From: Anaerococcus sp.
GTDB taxonomy: Bacteria; Bacillota; Clostridia; Tissierellales; Peptoniphilaceae
Assembly (NCBI GenBank): GCA_043426375.1
Contig: JBHWRC010000100.1
Span: forward strand, 5,359 to 69,358
Length of the DNA: 64,000 bases
Direction of reading: 5' to 3'
The notes under the pieces were generated by a model, which ran no database searches, was not told the DNA's origin, and saw nothing but the letters and a program-made list of their open reading frames with translations. Of this stretch, positions 1 to 9,418 are shown piece by piece (position 1 is the stretch's first letter; each line of letters opens with the position of its first letter). The translations under genes were made by a program, and so were the position numbers.

Positions 1-1421
1 AGCTTATTTTCTGTATTCTCATCTTCTTGACTTTCTGCTTCTACTATTTCTATTTCTTCTGTATCTTCAAAGTCTCCTATAAATTCACTTAGGGTATTAA
101 CTGTATTTGTAAGTTCATTTCTCGATTTACTTACCATCTTTTTATCAAGGCTAATTTTCTTGGTTTGGATGTTTTTAAGGTCAAGAATTTCTTCAAGCAG
201 ATCAAGGTCAAAGTCCCTATCCTTTATAAGGTCTATAAATCTATCAAAATTTTCTGGCCTTATTATCTCAAATAGTACTTTTTTATGCCTAGGATTTGGA
301 TTTTGAAATTTGTAGGTATAAAATAGGGCCAAAATCCTGCTAGGGACAAAAGAATTAGAGAGTAAACTATTTAAAATATCGGAAAAATTTTCTCTGTTTT
401 TAAACTTAAGGAGAGTTTCTTCCTGACGGCTTATATCAAGGCTACTTATGAAGCTTGCTATATCACTTGATTTGTTTGGATTTCTCATGATATAGGATAG
501 GTAAATCTCCTCAATTATTGAGTCTTCCACATTATCTAGGTAGGTTCTTTGACTAGTCCTAAAAAATTCTAATATATCATCACACTGATTTTCCCTTAAG
601 ATTTCTATGGAATTTTCTGTTTTTATGTCCGCCAAAAAAGAAAATTTTCTTCTGACATTTGCTTCTGTGATTATAAGAAGGCTGTCTAGGAGTTTTTTAG
701 AAAGGGTGTAAGGCTTGGTATATGTTTTTAGAATGTCTGTATCTATGCTTTTATCTAAGAAAGCTTGCTTTAAGCTTTTAAGGTATAAATTTATTGTAAA
801 GTCCTTTAACAACTCATTAGTCCAGAGAACATTATTTCTCTGGCTTAGCTGCGTTAGGGCCTTTTCTTCATCTTTTTTGAAAGAGTATTTTTCACGAAAA
901 GTCCCATCCTCGTCCCAAAAAACCTTGGCCTTACCATTTGGGCTTAACTTATAAAATTCGATTGTTTCAACATTTAATATTGGAAGCTCGGATAAATAAC
1001 TTTGGGCTTCTTTCTTTAATTTGTCTGAGAAATCTTGATTAGTTAGCCTATATAAATTCCTATAAATCCTATCTGCCTCACTATCAAAGTTAGGATCTAT
1101 AAAGTCTTCTACATAATCTCGGGCTAGCTGATAGAGCTGATGGAAGTGACTTGTTGTAAGGCTTCTTCCATAGTTTTTTTCTATAAATTTTGCAAAGTCT
1201 ATATATAGTCTTAAACTTAAGAATTTTACCTGGCTTGGTACATCAAGCTTATTTGCTGGAAGCCTTAGTTTTGATACATAATATCCATCACTTTTTCCAC
1301 CTAGACTTATGTTGATATTAATATTTTTATTTTCTTTTTTAACAGTTCTTTTAATGGTCTTTTTATCTACATTTTTGATGTCAGATAGCAAGTTTTCAAT
1401 TAAAGCCTTAATATCATCCAT
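1..1421 (-). CDS. Hypothetical protein, 3' end beyond window; possible TerB C-terminal domain protein
   Basis: Not in ORF track. Manual translation from ATG 1421 (RBS GGAGG upstream) is open for 473 codons to the window edge (MDDIKALIENLLSD...KKISLDKKMVSKSRNELTNTVNTLSEFIGD then an acidic linker). Family call is from recalled resemblance only. Confidence 0.6.
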   Translation of the reverse strand, partial: MDDIKALIENLLSDIKNVDKKTIKRTVKKENKNININISLGGKSDGYYVSKLRLPANKLDVPSQVKFLSLRLYIDFAKFIEKNYGRSLTTSHFHQLYQLARDYVEDFIDPNFDSEADRIYRNLYRLTNQDFSDKLKKEAQSYLSELPILNVETIEFYKLSPNGKAKVFWDEDGTFREKYSFKKDEEKALTQLSQRNNVLWTNELLKDFTINLYLKSLKQAFLDKSIDTDILKTYTKPYTLSKKLLDSLLIITEANVRRKFSFLADIKTENSIEILRENQCDDILEFFRTSQRTYLDNVEDSIIEEIYLSYIMRNPNKSSDIASFISSLDISRQEETLLKFKNRENFSDILNSLLSNSFVPSRILALFYTYKFQNPNPRHKKVLFEIIRPENFDRFIDLIKDRDFDLDLLEEILDLKNIQTKKISLDKKMVSKSRNELTNTVNTLSEFIGDFEDTEEIEIVEAESQEDENTENK

Positions 1422-1495
1422 AAATCCCTCCTAATTTTTGCTTATATACCATTATACTTCACGGCCTTCTTTTTCTAAAGAGAAAATTTGCCAAT

Positions 1496-1518
1496 AAAAA
1501 AAGTGCCGAAGCACTTTT
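1496..1518 (-). terminator. Intrinsic terminator after fructosamine kinase gene
   Basis: AAAAAAAGTGC-CGAA-GCACTTTT hairpin with flanking A/T tracts. Confidence 0.7.
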
Positions 1519-1526
1519 CTATGGGT

Positions 1527-2378
1527 TTAATTTGTGATTATCTTCATCATATCATTTACTGATGAGTCATATACTGGTCCAAACCTCAATAGATATTTCA
1601 TAAGTAAGAACAATCTATAGAAGTTTAGCCTTTCTTGGTAGCCTTCTTCCATTGGCAAAAGGTCTTTGTATTCATTATAAAATGCATTACCAAAGCCTCC
1701 AAATACTGTAGATACCCCAATATCAAATTCCCTGTCTCCATATAATGGAGCTGGATCAAATACTAAAGGTCTTTCATCTTCATCAAACATAAAGTTACCG
1801 GCCCAGAGGTCTCCGTGAAGGAGTACTGGCTCTGACTTATGTTTATCAAGCTCTTTTTCTATAATAAACCTTACTTCTTCATACCTTGCTAGGTCTTTTT
1901 CATCCCAAAGTTCAAATTCCTTAAGCATGCTAGCAAGCTTATCCATCCTTTGGTGGAGGAAAATTTCTTTCCAACTATCTTTATAGCTATTATCAAACTT
2001 TGAAGCTTGACCTATATATGGATAGTCAAATCCAAATTTTCCGTTTGGGCTTTTTATTTGGTGGATTTGAGCAATAACCTTTGCCAAATCTTCCTGCCTA
2101 CCCTCCCTTTTTTCTTCGTGGTAAGTTAGGAGCAAGAAAGCTGCCCCATCAGCTTGTCCACTTGCAAGGGCTCTTGGTGCATAGATTCCCTTTTCTTCAA
2201 AGATCTTAAGTCCTGCCTTCTCTCCCTCAAAAAATATTGCATCCTTGTTTTTGTGAACCTTGAGAAAATATGAACCCCCGTCAGCATCTAGCTTATAGGA
2301 TTCATTTACATCTCCTCCTGGAACAAGGTTTATACTTTTTATATTATTTATAGGTAATAATTCTAAAATCTTATCCAT
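1527..2378 (-). CDS. Fructosamine kinase family protein
   Basis: GGDVN, YFLK, LLHGDLWAGN and FDPAPLYGDREFDI motifs. Confidence 0.9.
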   Translation of the reverse strand: MDKILELLPINNIKSINLVPGGDVNESYKLDADGGSYFLKVHKNKDAIFFEGEKAGLKIFEEKGIYAPRALASGQADGAAFLLLTYHEEKREGRQEDLAKVIAQIHQIKSPNGKFGFDYPYIGQASKFDNSYKDSWKEIFLHQRMDKLASMLKEFELWDEKDLARYEEVRFIIEKELDKHKSEPVLLHGDLWAGNFMFDEDERPLVFDPAPLYGDREFDIGVSTVFGGFGNAFYNEYKDLLPMEEGYQERLNFYRLFLLMKYLLRFGPVYDSSVNDMMKIITN

Positions 2379-2493
2379 ATTGTATCCTCACTCTCCTTAT
2401 TACTTATAATTTACGCTTTTTTTCACTTTTTACGACAATAGCCAATTTTAAATGTGGCCCTAAATCATAAAACATCTAAAAAATTTATCCCAA

Positions 2494-3498
2494 TTACTTT
2501 TCTAAAATACCGACTACATCCTTGTAGACATCTGCCTTTGCTGTTTCGTTAAGAATTTCGTGTTTCATATCCTTGTAAACTTTATTCTCGATATTGGTAT
2601 AGCCAATTGATTTAAGGAGATCAATGCTGTTTTTGATTCCCCTATCACCCTTGGTTATAATATCGCTTTCTCCAACCATATTATATATCTTTAGGTCCCT
2701 GTTTTTACACTTATACTTAGATTTTTGTCCTAATTTTTTATTAATTTCAATTAGTACCCTAGAATATCCTCCCCTAAATTTAAAGACCCTAAGAGGATCA
2801 TTTGCCTTTATGCTTATATTTTCCTTATCAAAGCTAATAAAGTCTAGGCCACTTGCACCTACAAGATAGTCTATAACCCTAGTTTCTCCCTTTTCTCCAA
2901 GAAAGAAACACCCTATATTAAAGAAAAATAAGGCAAGGCCAGATAATTTATTTACAGGTACTGTCCCAGTTAGGATTAACCTATCTAAAAGGTCATCATT
3001 TTTTCTCAAAAATAACCTAGCAATCATTGATCCCATGGAATGACCAAGTAGGGTGTAATTAAGATTAGGATATCTTTCCTTGATATATTTTGCAATCATA
3101 ATTTCATCGTCTACTATCTCTTCTGCCCTTTTCATATAGCCATTAGGATAGGATGTAGATATAGACTTGCCATGGCCTCTGTGATCATCCATTACAACTA
3201 TGTAGCCATTGTCATTTAAATTTTTTGCAAAATCCATATAGTTTCCTGAATGCTCTGCAACTCCATGGACTATTTGCACTATGCCCTTAGGATTTTCATG
3301 ACCTAGTATCCTAACAAAAAGATCGAAACCATCTGTATTTGTAAGGTAGATTTCCTCATAGGATCCGTCATTTATTACAGAATACCTCTTAAAATATTTT
3401 TTAGTCATATCAAATGACTTATAGCGGATTTCTTTTATTAGATAAAATATTTGAGGTACAAATAAGATTAAAAGAATAATAATAAGTTTGGGAGTCAT
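2494..3498 (-). CDS. Alpha/beta hydrolase (lysophospholipase-like) with N-terminal membrane anchor
   Basis: HGVAEH, DHRGHG, nucleophile GHSMG, HEILNE. Start at ATG 3498 (GGAGG RBS, TGATG overlap with pcp stop). Confidence 0.85.
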   Translation of the reverse strand: MTPKLIIILLILFVPQIFYLIKEIRYKSFDMTKKYFKRYSVINDGSYEEIYLTNTDGFDLFVRILGHENPKGIVQIVHGVAEHSGNYMDFAKNLNDNGYIVVMDDHRGHGKSISTSYPNGYMKRAEEIVDDEIMIAKYIKERYPNLNYTLLGHSMGSMIARLFLRKNDDLLDRLILTGTVPVNKLSGLALFFFNIGCFFLGEKGETRVIDYLVGASGLDFISFDKENISIKANDPLRVFKFRGGYSRVLIEINKKLGQKSKYKCKNRDLKIYNMVGESDIITKGDRGIKNSIDLLKSIGYTNIENKVYKDMKHEILNETAKADVYKDVVGILEK

Positions 3499-4142
3499 CA
3501 GCAAATCCTCCCTTCAGCTTTTTCTAAATCTTCCTTATCCTTATAGGCAATACTTGTTTTGATGATAATTTCTACCGCCCTTACCATATCACCTAGGCTC
3601 ATGGAAGCCATCCCTCTTTTATCAAGAACTTGGGCTGGTAAATATGGGACATGGATGAAGCCTGCAGCCATATCTTTGTATTTTTCTGCCAAGTATAAAT
3701 CATTGTACATTACAAAATTGCAAACATAAGTGCCTGCTGAGTTTGACACTGATGCAGGAATCTCATTTTCTCTTAAATTTTCTACAATAGCCTTGATTGG
3801 TAGGCTTGAAAAATATGCATTTTCACCGTCTAAACGTATTTTTTCATCGATTGGTTTTTTTCCGTCATTATCAGAAATAGAAGCGTCTGCTATGTTAATT
3901 GCCACTCTTTCAACTGTGATCTCACTCCTTCCTCCTGCTTGGCCCAAAGAAATAATAATATCAGGCTTAAACGCAAGAACCTTCTCTTCTATCAAATCTT
4001 TCACCTTATAGAAGGATGTAGGAAGCATAAGCTTTTCTATCTCATGACCGTCTATATTATCATCAAGTTTTTCTAAAATAAGACTTGAAGGATTAATTTT
4101 TTCGCCATTAAAGGCATCAAAACCTGTTAATAAAATTTTCAT
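3498..4142 (-). CDS. pcp: Pyroglutamyl-peptidase I
   Basis: LLTGFDAF, GQAGGR, VERVAIN, SAGTYVCN (catalytic Cys), GFIHVP. Confidence 0.95.
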   Translation of the reverse strand: MKILLTGFDAFNGEKINPSSLILEKLDDNIDGHEIEKLMLPTSFYKVKDLIEEKVLAFKPDIIISLGQAGGRSEITVERVAINIADASISDNDGKKPIDEKIRLDGENAYFSSLPIKAIVENLRENEIPASVSNSAGTYVCNFVMYNDLYLAEKYKDMAAGFIHVPYLPAQVLDKRGMASMSLGDMVRAVEIIIKTSIAYKDKEDLEKAEGRIC

Positions 4143-4239
4143 AATTCACCTCTATATTAATTTACCAAAAAACGATAGATTTTAAACAAAATATTAAAAA
4201 AATAAATTTATAGTATAATAATGTAAAAAAGGAGCTACT

Positions 4240-4536
4240 ATGAGTATAAAAGAAATTTCTGGCAAAGATTTAGGAAAACTTGATGATTCCTATAAAATTA
4301 TCGATGTAAGAACCGAAGAAGAATATAAGGAAGGCCACATCAAAAACGCTATAAATGTACCCCTAGATAATATCTTAGCAAATGATTTTGACCTAGATAA
4401 AAACGATAAGCTCGTAGTCCACTGTAGGACAAATGGCAGATCTATGATGGCAATTGAAAGCCTCCTAGACCTAGGATATAAAAATATAAGCCTTGCCCCT
4501 GGAGTAGACCTATATGATTATGACTTGGTAAAATAG
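4240..4536 (+). CDS. Single-domain rhodanese-like protein
   Basis: IIDVR..EY..GHI..A and active-site loop HCRTNGRS. Confidence 0.9.
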   Translation: MSIKEISGKDLGKLDDSYKIIDVRTEEEYKEGHIKNAINVPLDNILANDFDLDKNDKLVVHCRTNGRSMMAIESLLDLGYKNISLAPGVDLYDYDLVK

Positions 4537-4546
4537 TTTATCAAAT

Positions 4547-4577
4547 AAAAACTCCCTCAGACTAGAGGGAATTTTTT
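4547..4577. terminator. Bidirectional terminator between rhodanese and csp
   Basis: AAAAACTCCCTC-AGACTA-GAGGGAATTTTTT between convergent genes. Confidence 0.7.
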
Positions 4578-4776
4578 ATAATTTCTTTACTTTTTTTGCC
4601 TGTGGGCCTCTCGGGGCATCTATTTTTTCAAATTCTACATTATCCCCAGTTTCTAGCCTTTTAAATTCATCATCACTTATGATATCCGAATAGTGAACGA
4701 AGAGGTCTTCTCCTCCCCATTTTATAAAGCCAAAACCTTTTTTGTTATCAAAAAATTTAACAACTCCTAAGCTCAT
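4576..4776 (-). CDS. Cold-shock domain protein
   Basis: GVVKFFDNKKGFGFI (RNP1), DLFVHYS (RNP2), GPQA. Confidence 0.95.
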   Translation of the reverse strand: MSLGVVKFFDNKKGFGFIKWGGEDLFVHYSDIISDDEFKRLETGDNVEFEKIDAPRGPQAKKVKKL

Positions 4777-5507
4777 TTAGCCGCCTTTCTAGCTGAGAAT
4801 AAAACTCTTAAAGTATCTTCATTTAAATCTCCAAAAGTATCCTCATCAAAAATCTTTATATCTACAAAACCTATTCTACCAAGTAAGTCTTTGACATAAT
4901 CAATAGTGTAGATTCTTTCTTGCTGGTATTCTTCGATTCTCCTATAAGATCCGTCAGGATTTTCTACAAAAAAGTTTAGGTTCATATCTATTAAGTCATC
5001 TTCTAAATAATTATCCCAAGTGTAGAAGATATCTTCATACTCATAGATATAGCACTCTGAACCAAAGATCTCGCGCATTTTCATTTCTGAATTAATATCA
5101 AAGACCAAAAGTGAATCGTCTTTTAGGTTGTCATAGGAATTTCTAAAAAGTTTTTCTAGATCAGATGGTTTTGTTACATAGTTTACACTATCAAGTAGGA
5201 TTACAATTAAATCGTAAAAGTCTTTTTTCTCATATTCTACCATGTCATAGTAGATTAGGTTTACCTTGTCATTATCGTATTTTTCTGCAAAACAATTTAG
5301 CATGTCTGTTGATATATCAAGGGCATCTATCCTGTCAAAGTCATCAAAAAAATACTGGGTTAGCATGCCCGAGCCGCAAGCGAGCTCAAGCATATTGTTA
5401 TTGTTAATCCCATATTTTTTGGCAAGGGTCTTTATATTATCAGCATATTTTTCATATTCTATATCAAAACTTAGCTTATCATAGATATAAGAAAATTCAC
5501 CGTACAT
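4773..5507 (-). CDS. Class I SAM-dependent methyltransferase
   Basis: LELACGSG motif I, ALDISTDML. Confidence 0.9.
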   Translation of the reverse strand: MYGEFSYIYDKLSFDIEYEKYADNIKTLAKKYGINNNNMLELACGSGMLTQYFFDDFDRIDALDISTDMLNCFAEKYDNDKVNLIYYDMVEYEKKDFYDLIVILLDSVNYVTKPSDLEKLFRNSYDNLKDDSLLVFDINSEMKMREIFGSECYIYEYEDIFYTWDNYLEDDLIDMNLNFFVENPDGSYRRIEEYQQERIYTIDYVKDLLGRIGFVDIKIFDEDTFGDLNEDTLRVLFSARKAAK

Positions 5508-8143
5508 TACTTATCCTTTATTTCTTCAAGGCTTGCCTTGGTTTTTTCTAGTAGGTCCTTATAGTCAGCAAGTTTTTCTCTTTCTTTATTTACTACAGCT
5601 TCTGGGGCCTTGTCTGTAAAGCCCTTGTTTGAAAGCTTACCTTCTGCCCTTTTGATTTCTGACTCGATTTTCTTAATCTCACCTTTTAGACGTTCTCTTT
5701 CCTTTTCATAGTCCATTAATTCATCAAGGGACATATATACAGAAAACTCATTGAATACAAGCTTTACAAGACCGTCATCAGAAATATTTGCTTCAGATTT
5801 TTCTAAAACATTGACTTCGCTTGCACTGGCAAGATTATTAAATTGATCTTTGATTTGCTCAATTAGTTCCTTATTTTTTTCATTTTCAGCAACTATAGTT
5901 AGTTTTTGCTTTGTTTTTGCAGGGACATTTAGGCTTGCTCTTTGGTTTCTGATGGCTGTGATTGCCTTTATTACAGAGTTTACATTTCTCTCTTCTTCTA
6001 CAAAGTTAAATTCTTCCCTAATTTCTGGCCAAGTTTCTACAATTAGCATGTCTTTTTTATTTGGGAGTGATGAATAGATTTCTTCTGTGATAAATGGCAT
6101 AAATGGATGTAGAAGAATTAGCATAGATTTTAGAACATAAAGAAGGACTCTCTTTACATCTGTTTTTGCATCCTCGTCTTCTCCATAAAGTCTGATTTTT
6201 GCAAATTCTATATACCAATCGCAGTATTCATTCCAAATAAAATCTTCAATCCTGTCTGCTGCCAAACCTATTTCGTATTTATCAAGATTTTTAGACACAT
6301 CTTTTATAACTTGGTTAAGTCTTTTTAGGATCCATTCGTCTTCGAGTATCAAGTTTTTACCGTCAAATTCTAAATCATCTGATTCATCTATATTCATAAG
6401 AACAAATCTTGATGCATTCCATAGTTTGTTAGCAAAATTTCTTGATGCAAGAAGCCTATCTTCGTCATATCTCATGTCATTGCCAGGTGAATTGCCTGTA
6501 ATAAGGGTAAATCTTAGGGCATCTGCTCCGTATTTTTCTACTACATCTATTGGATCTACACCATTTCCTAAAGACTTACTCATCTTTCTGCCCTGGCTAT
6601 CCCTAATTAGACCTGTGAATAATACGTGTGAGAAAGGCACCTTCCCTGTTGTGTACATTGATGCAAATACCATTCTGATTACCCAGAAGAATATTATGTC
6701 ATAGCCTGTAATAAGGATGTCTGTTGGGAAGAAATAATCAAACTCTTCATTTTCTTCTGGCCAGCCTAGGGTTGCAAATGGCCATAGGGCTGATGAGAAC
6801 CAAGTATCTAGTGTATCTTCTTCTTGGGTAACTTTCTTGCCCTCCAAGATTCCGTTTTCATCTGGTTCTTCTTCTGATACAATTATTTCCCCATCTTCTG
6901 TATAAAATACTGGAAGTCTATGTCCCCACCAAAGTTGACGAGAAATTGTCCAGTCTCTGATGTTTTCTAGCCAGTTCATGTAGGTTTTGGATAGATTTTC
7001 AGGAATAAGTGTTAGTTCGCCAGAATTATAGGCATCAATACACATTTTGGCAAATTCATCCATTTTTACAAACCATTGTTTTGAAATCAGTGGTTCAATT
7101 ACAACGTCTGTTCTTTCAGAATAACCCACAGCATGTTCAATTTCTTCGATTTTAACAAGTAGGTTTTCCTTTTCAAGATCTTCTAGGATTGCTTTTCTTG
7201 CCTCATACCTATCCATTCCTGAATATCTACCGTAGCCCTCTACTACATGGGCTTTTGTATCAAGAACAACACATTGGCCTAGGTCGTGGCGACTTCCTAC
7301 TTCAAAATCGTTAGGGTCATGGGATGGGGTTATTTTTACACAACCTGTTCCATATTCCATATCTACATAATCATCTGCAATTATTGGAATTTTCCTACCG
7401 ACAAGTGGAAGGATTAGGTTTTTACCAATCTTATCTTTAAAGCGTTCGTCTTCTGGGTTTACTGCTACAGCTAGGTCACCAAGCATAGTTTCTGGACGAG
7501 TTGTTGCTATAGTAATAAATTCATCTGAATTTTCGTAGTGGTATTTGATATACCAAAGTTTACCCTTTTGGTCCTTATGATAAACTTCTGCATCAGAAAT
7601 TGCAGTCTCTGCCATTGGATCCCAGTTTACAATCCTATTTCCCCTGTAAATTAGGCCGTCATCGTACATTTTTTTGAAAACTCTTTTGACAGCACGAGTT
7701 AGATTAGGGTCCATGGTAAAGGAATCATGGTCCCAATCGCAAGAAACGCCTATTGTTCTTAGCTGTCTTTTGATTGTGCCACCATATTCGTGGGTCCAGT
7801 CCCAAGCTTCCTTAAGGAAGCCATCTCTACCAAGATCTGCCTTAGTCTTTCCTTCTTTGGCAATCTTTCCTACAACCTTTGCTTCTGTAGAGATTGAAGC
7901 GTGGTCTGTTCCTGGTATCCAAAGAGCTTCAAAACCTGCTAATCTCTTATACCTAATTATAATATCTTGTAGGGTATTATTTAGGGCATGGCCAAGGTGA
8001 AGTTGACCTGTAACATTTGGTGGTGGCATAACAATAGTAAATGGCTTTTTATCCCTATTTACTCTTGCTTTAAAATAGCCGCCATCTTCCCATTTCTCAT
8101 AGATTTTTTTCTCAAAATCCTGTGGACTATATTTTGTATCCAT
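5507..8143 (-). CDS. valS: Valine--tRNA ligase
   Basis: PPPNVTGQLHLGH (HIGH), KMSKS, C-terminal coiled coil. Start taken as ATG 8143 behind GGAGG. Confidence 0.98.
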   Translation of the reverse strand: MDTKYSPQDFEKKIYEKWEDGGYFKARVNRDKKPFTIVMPPPNVTGQLHLGHALNNTLQDIIIRYKRLAGFEALWIPGTDHASISTEAKVVGKIAKEGKTKADLGRDGFLKEAWDWTHEYGGTIKRQLRTIGVSCDWDHDSFTMDPNLTRAVKRVFKKMYDDGLIYRGNRIVNWDPMAETAISDAEVYHKDQKGKLWYIKYHYENSDEFITIATTRPETMLGDLAVAVNPEDERFKDKIGKNLILPLVGRKIPIIADDYVDMEYGTGCVKITPSHDPNDFEVGSRHDLGQCVVLDTKAHVVEGYGRYSGMDRYEARKAILEDLEKENLLVKIEEIEHAVGYSERTDVVIEPLISKQWFVKMDEFAKMCIDAYNSGELTLIPENLSKTYMNWLENIRDWTISRQLWWGHRLPVFYTEDGEIIVSEEEPDENGILEGKKVTQEEDTLDTWFSSALWPFATLGWPEENEEFDYFFPTDILITGYDIIFFWVIRMVFASMYTTGKVPFSHVLFTGLIRDSQGRKMSKSLGNGVDPIDVVEKYGADALRFTLITGNSPGNDMRYDEDRLLASRNFANKLWNASRFVLMNIDESDDLEFDGKNLILEDEWILKRLNQVIKDVSKNLDKYEIGLAADRIEDFIWNEYCDWYIEFAKIRLYGEDEDAKTDVKRVLLYVLKSMLILLHPFMPFITEEIYSSLPNKKDMLIVETWPEIREEFNFVEEERNVNSVIKAITAIRNQRASLNVPAKTKQKLTIVAENEKNKELIEQIKDQFNNLASASEVNVLEKSEANISDDGLVKLVFNEFSVYMSLDELMDYEKERERLKGEIKKIESEIKRAEGKLSNKGFTDKAPEAVVNKEREKLADYKDLLEKTKASLEEIKDK

Positions 8144-8157
8144 ATTTTCTCCTCCCA

Positions 8158-8346
8158 ATAAAAAAGTGATAACGCATTCTAGGACGAATTATCGCGTTAC
8201 CACCTAAATTTCTTATAAAAAGACTCTTTCTCGCATTTATGCATGCTACATTAACATATATGAAAGCAACCTTCACCTAATTGTTCCAAAGATTTTCACC
8301 AAGCATCTTCTCTCTAAAGGACTTCATAGGCTAATCCTCTTTCATT
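8158..8346 (-). promoter_or_regulatory. T-box riboswitch leader of valS
   Basis: Minus-strand AATTTAGGTGGTAACGCG T-box (8193-8210), antiterminator partner CGTCCT, terminator ending in a U-tract before the RBS, stem I with AGAGA and GGTGAA motifs closed by TGAAAG/CTTTCA. Confidence 0.9.
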
Positions 8347-8369
8347 GTTAGTATTAAACTGTTAGAATT

Positions 8370-8397
8370 ATTATATTTATAAATCCCTAAATGTCAA
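8370..8397 (-). promoter_or_regulatory. Sigma-A promoter of valS leader
   Basis: TTGACA (8397-8392), 16 bp, TATAAT (8375-8370) on the minus strand. Confidence 0.75.
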
Positions 8398-8603
8398 CAC
8401 CTAGAATAAATGTAATTTTTTTATCAAAGATTTACATGATATGGATTTCCTCGCAAATTATATTTATCTATCTATAAAGTAATCCTATGATTATAAGAAC
8501 ATTAACTATGTACTAAGGATAATTATAAATTTTACATGAAAATATTTTCATTATTTTGTTTTTTTTGATATAATAATCATAGAGTCTTGGTGTAGGAGAA
8601 ATT

Positions 8604-9404
8604 ATGAAATTGCTAGTATATATAATCTCAGATAGGAATGCCCTAGCCCTTATCGATATGGTTAATACAACTATGAGCCGTTTTGAAACATCTTATGAAA
8701 TTAAACTATTCGATAGGATAACTAGTAAATATAAGCTATCACAGATATTAACATCAATTAAAGATGATAACAGTTCGATAATTTATCACTCATTTAGAGA
8801 TTCTGAAATGAATCGTTATGTCAAAGATTTTCTAAAGTCTAAAAATCTAAAAGAAATAGGTCTTATTGATTATTCCGTATCAAAAATGGCGACCTACTTA
8901 GATCAAAAGCCTAAAGAACCTATAAGTAATATGGAATTAGAAGAAAATGTCCATGCTAAAAGGATTGAGGCTCTTGATTTTGCAATAAACTTTGATGACG
9001 GGCAAGATTTTGAGGGACTAAATTTTTGCGACATAGCAATCATTGGAGTTTCAAGATCATCTAAGACTCCCCTATCAATGTATCTTGCTAGCCTTGGCTA
9101 TAAGGTAAGCAATATTCCGATCTTAGTGGATTCACAAGTCCCACAGGCCTTATTTGAAATAGATCCTAATAAGATTTTTGGAATAACTGTAGATAAGGAA
9201 GTTCTTAGAAAAATTAGGGAAGAGAGATTAAAGTCTCTCGGCCTATCGGTTGATTCACTCTATTCATCAAAAGAAAGAATAGATAGCGAGGTTGATTATG
9301 CCTTAGCTCTTATGAATGACCTAGGCTGCATGATTATAGATGTGACCTACAAATCTATCGAAGAAACTTCAGAAATTATCATCAATAATTTAAATAAAAA
9401 ATAA
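8604..9404 (+). CDS. PPDK regulatory kinase/pyrophosphorylase (DUF299 family)
   Basis: RIEALDFAINFDDG, GVSRSSKTPLSMYLA; directly upstream of ppdK. Confidence 0.9.
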   Translation: MKLLVYIISDRNALALIDMVNTTMSRFETSYEIKLFDRITSKYKLSQILTSIKDDNSSIIYHSFRDSEMNRYVKDFLKSKNLKEIGLIDYSVSKMATYLDQKPKEPISNMELEENVHAKRIEALDFAINFDDGQDFEGLNFCDIAIIGVSRSSKTPLSMYLASLGYKVSNIPILVDSQVPQALFEIDPNKIFGITVDKEVLRKIREERLKSLGLSVDSLYSSKERIDSEVDYALALMNDLGCMIIDVTYKSIEETSEIIINNLNKK

Positions 9405-9418
9405 AGGAAGGAAAAATT

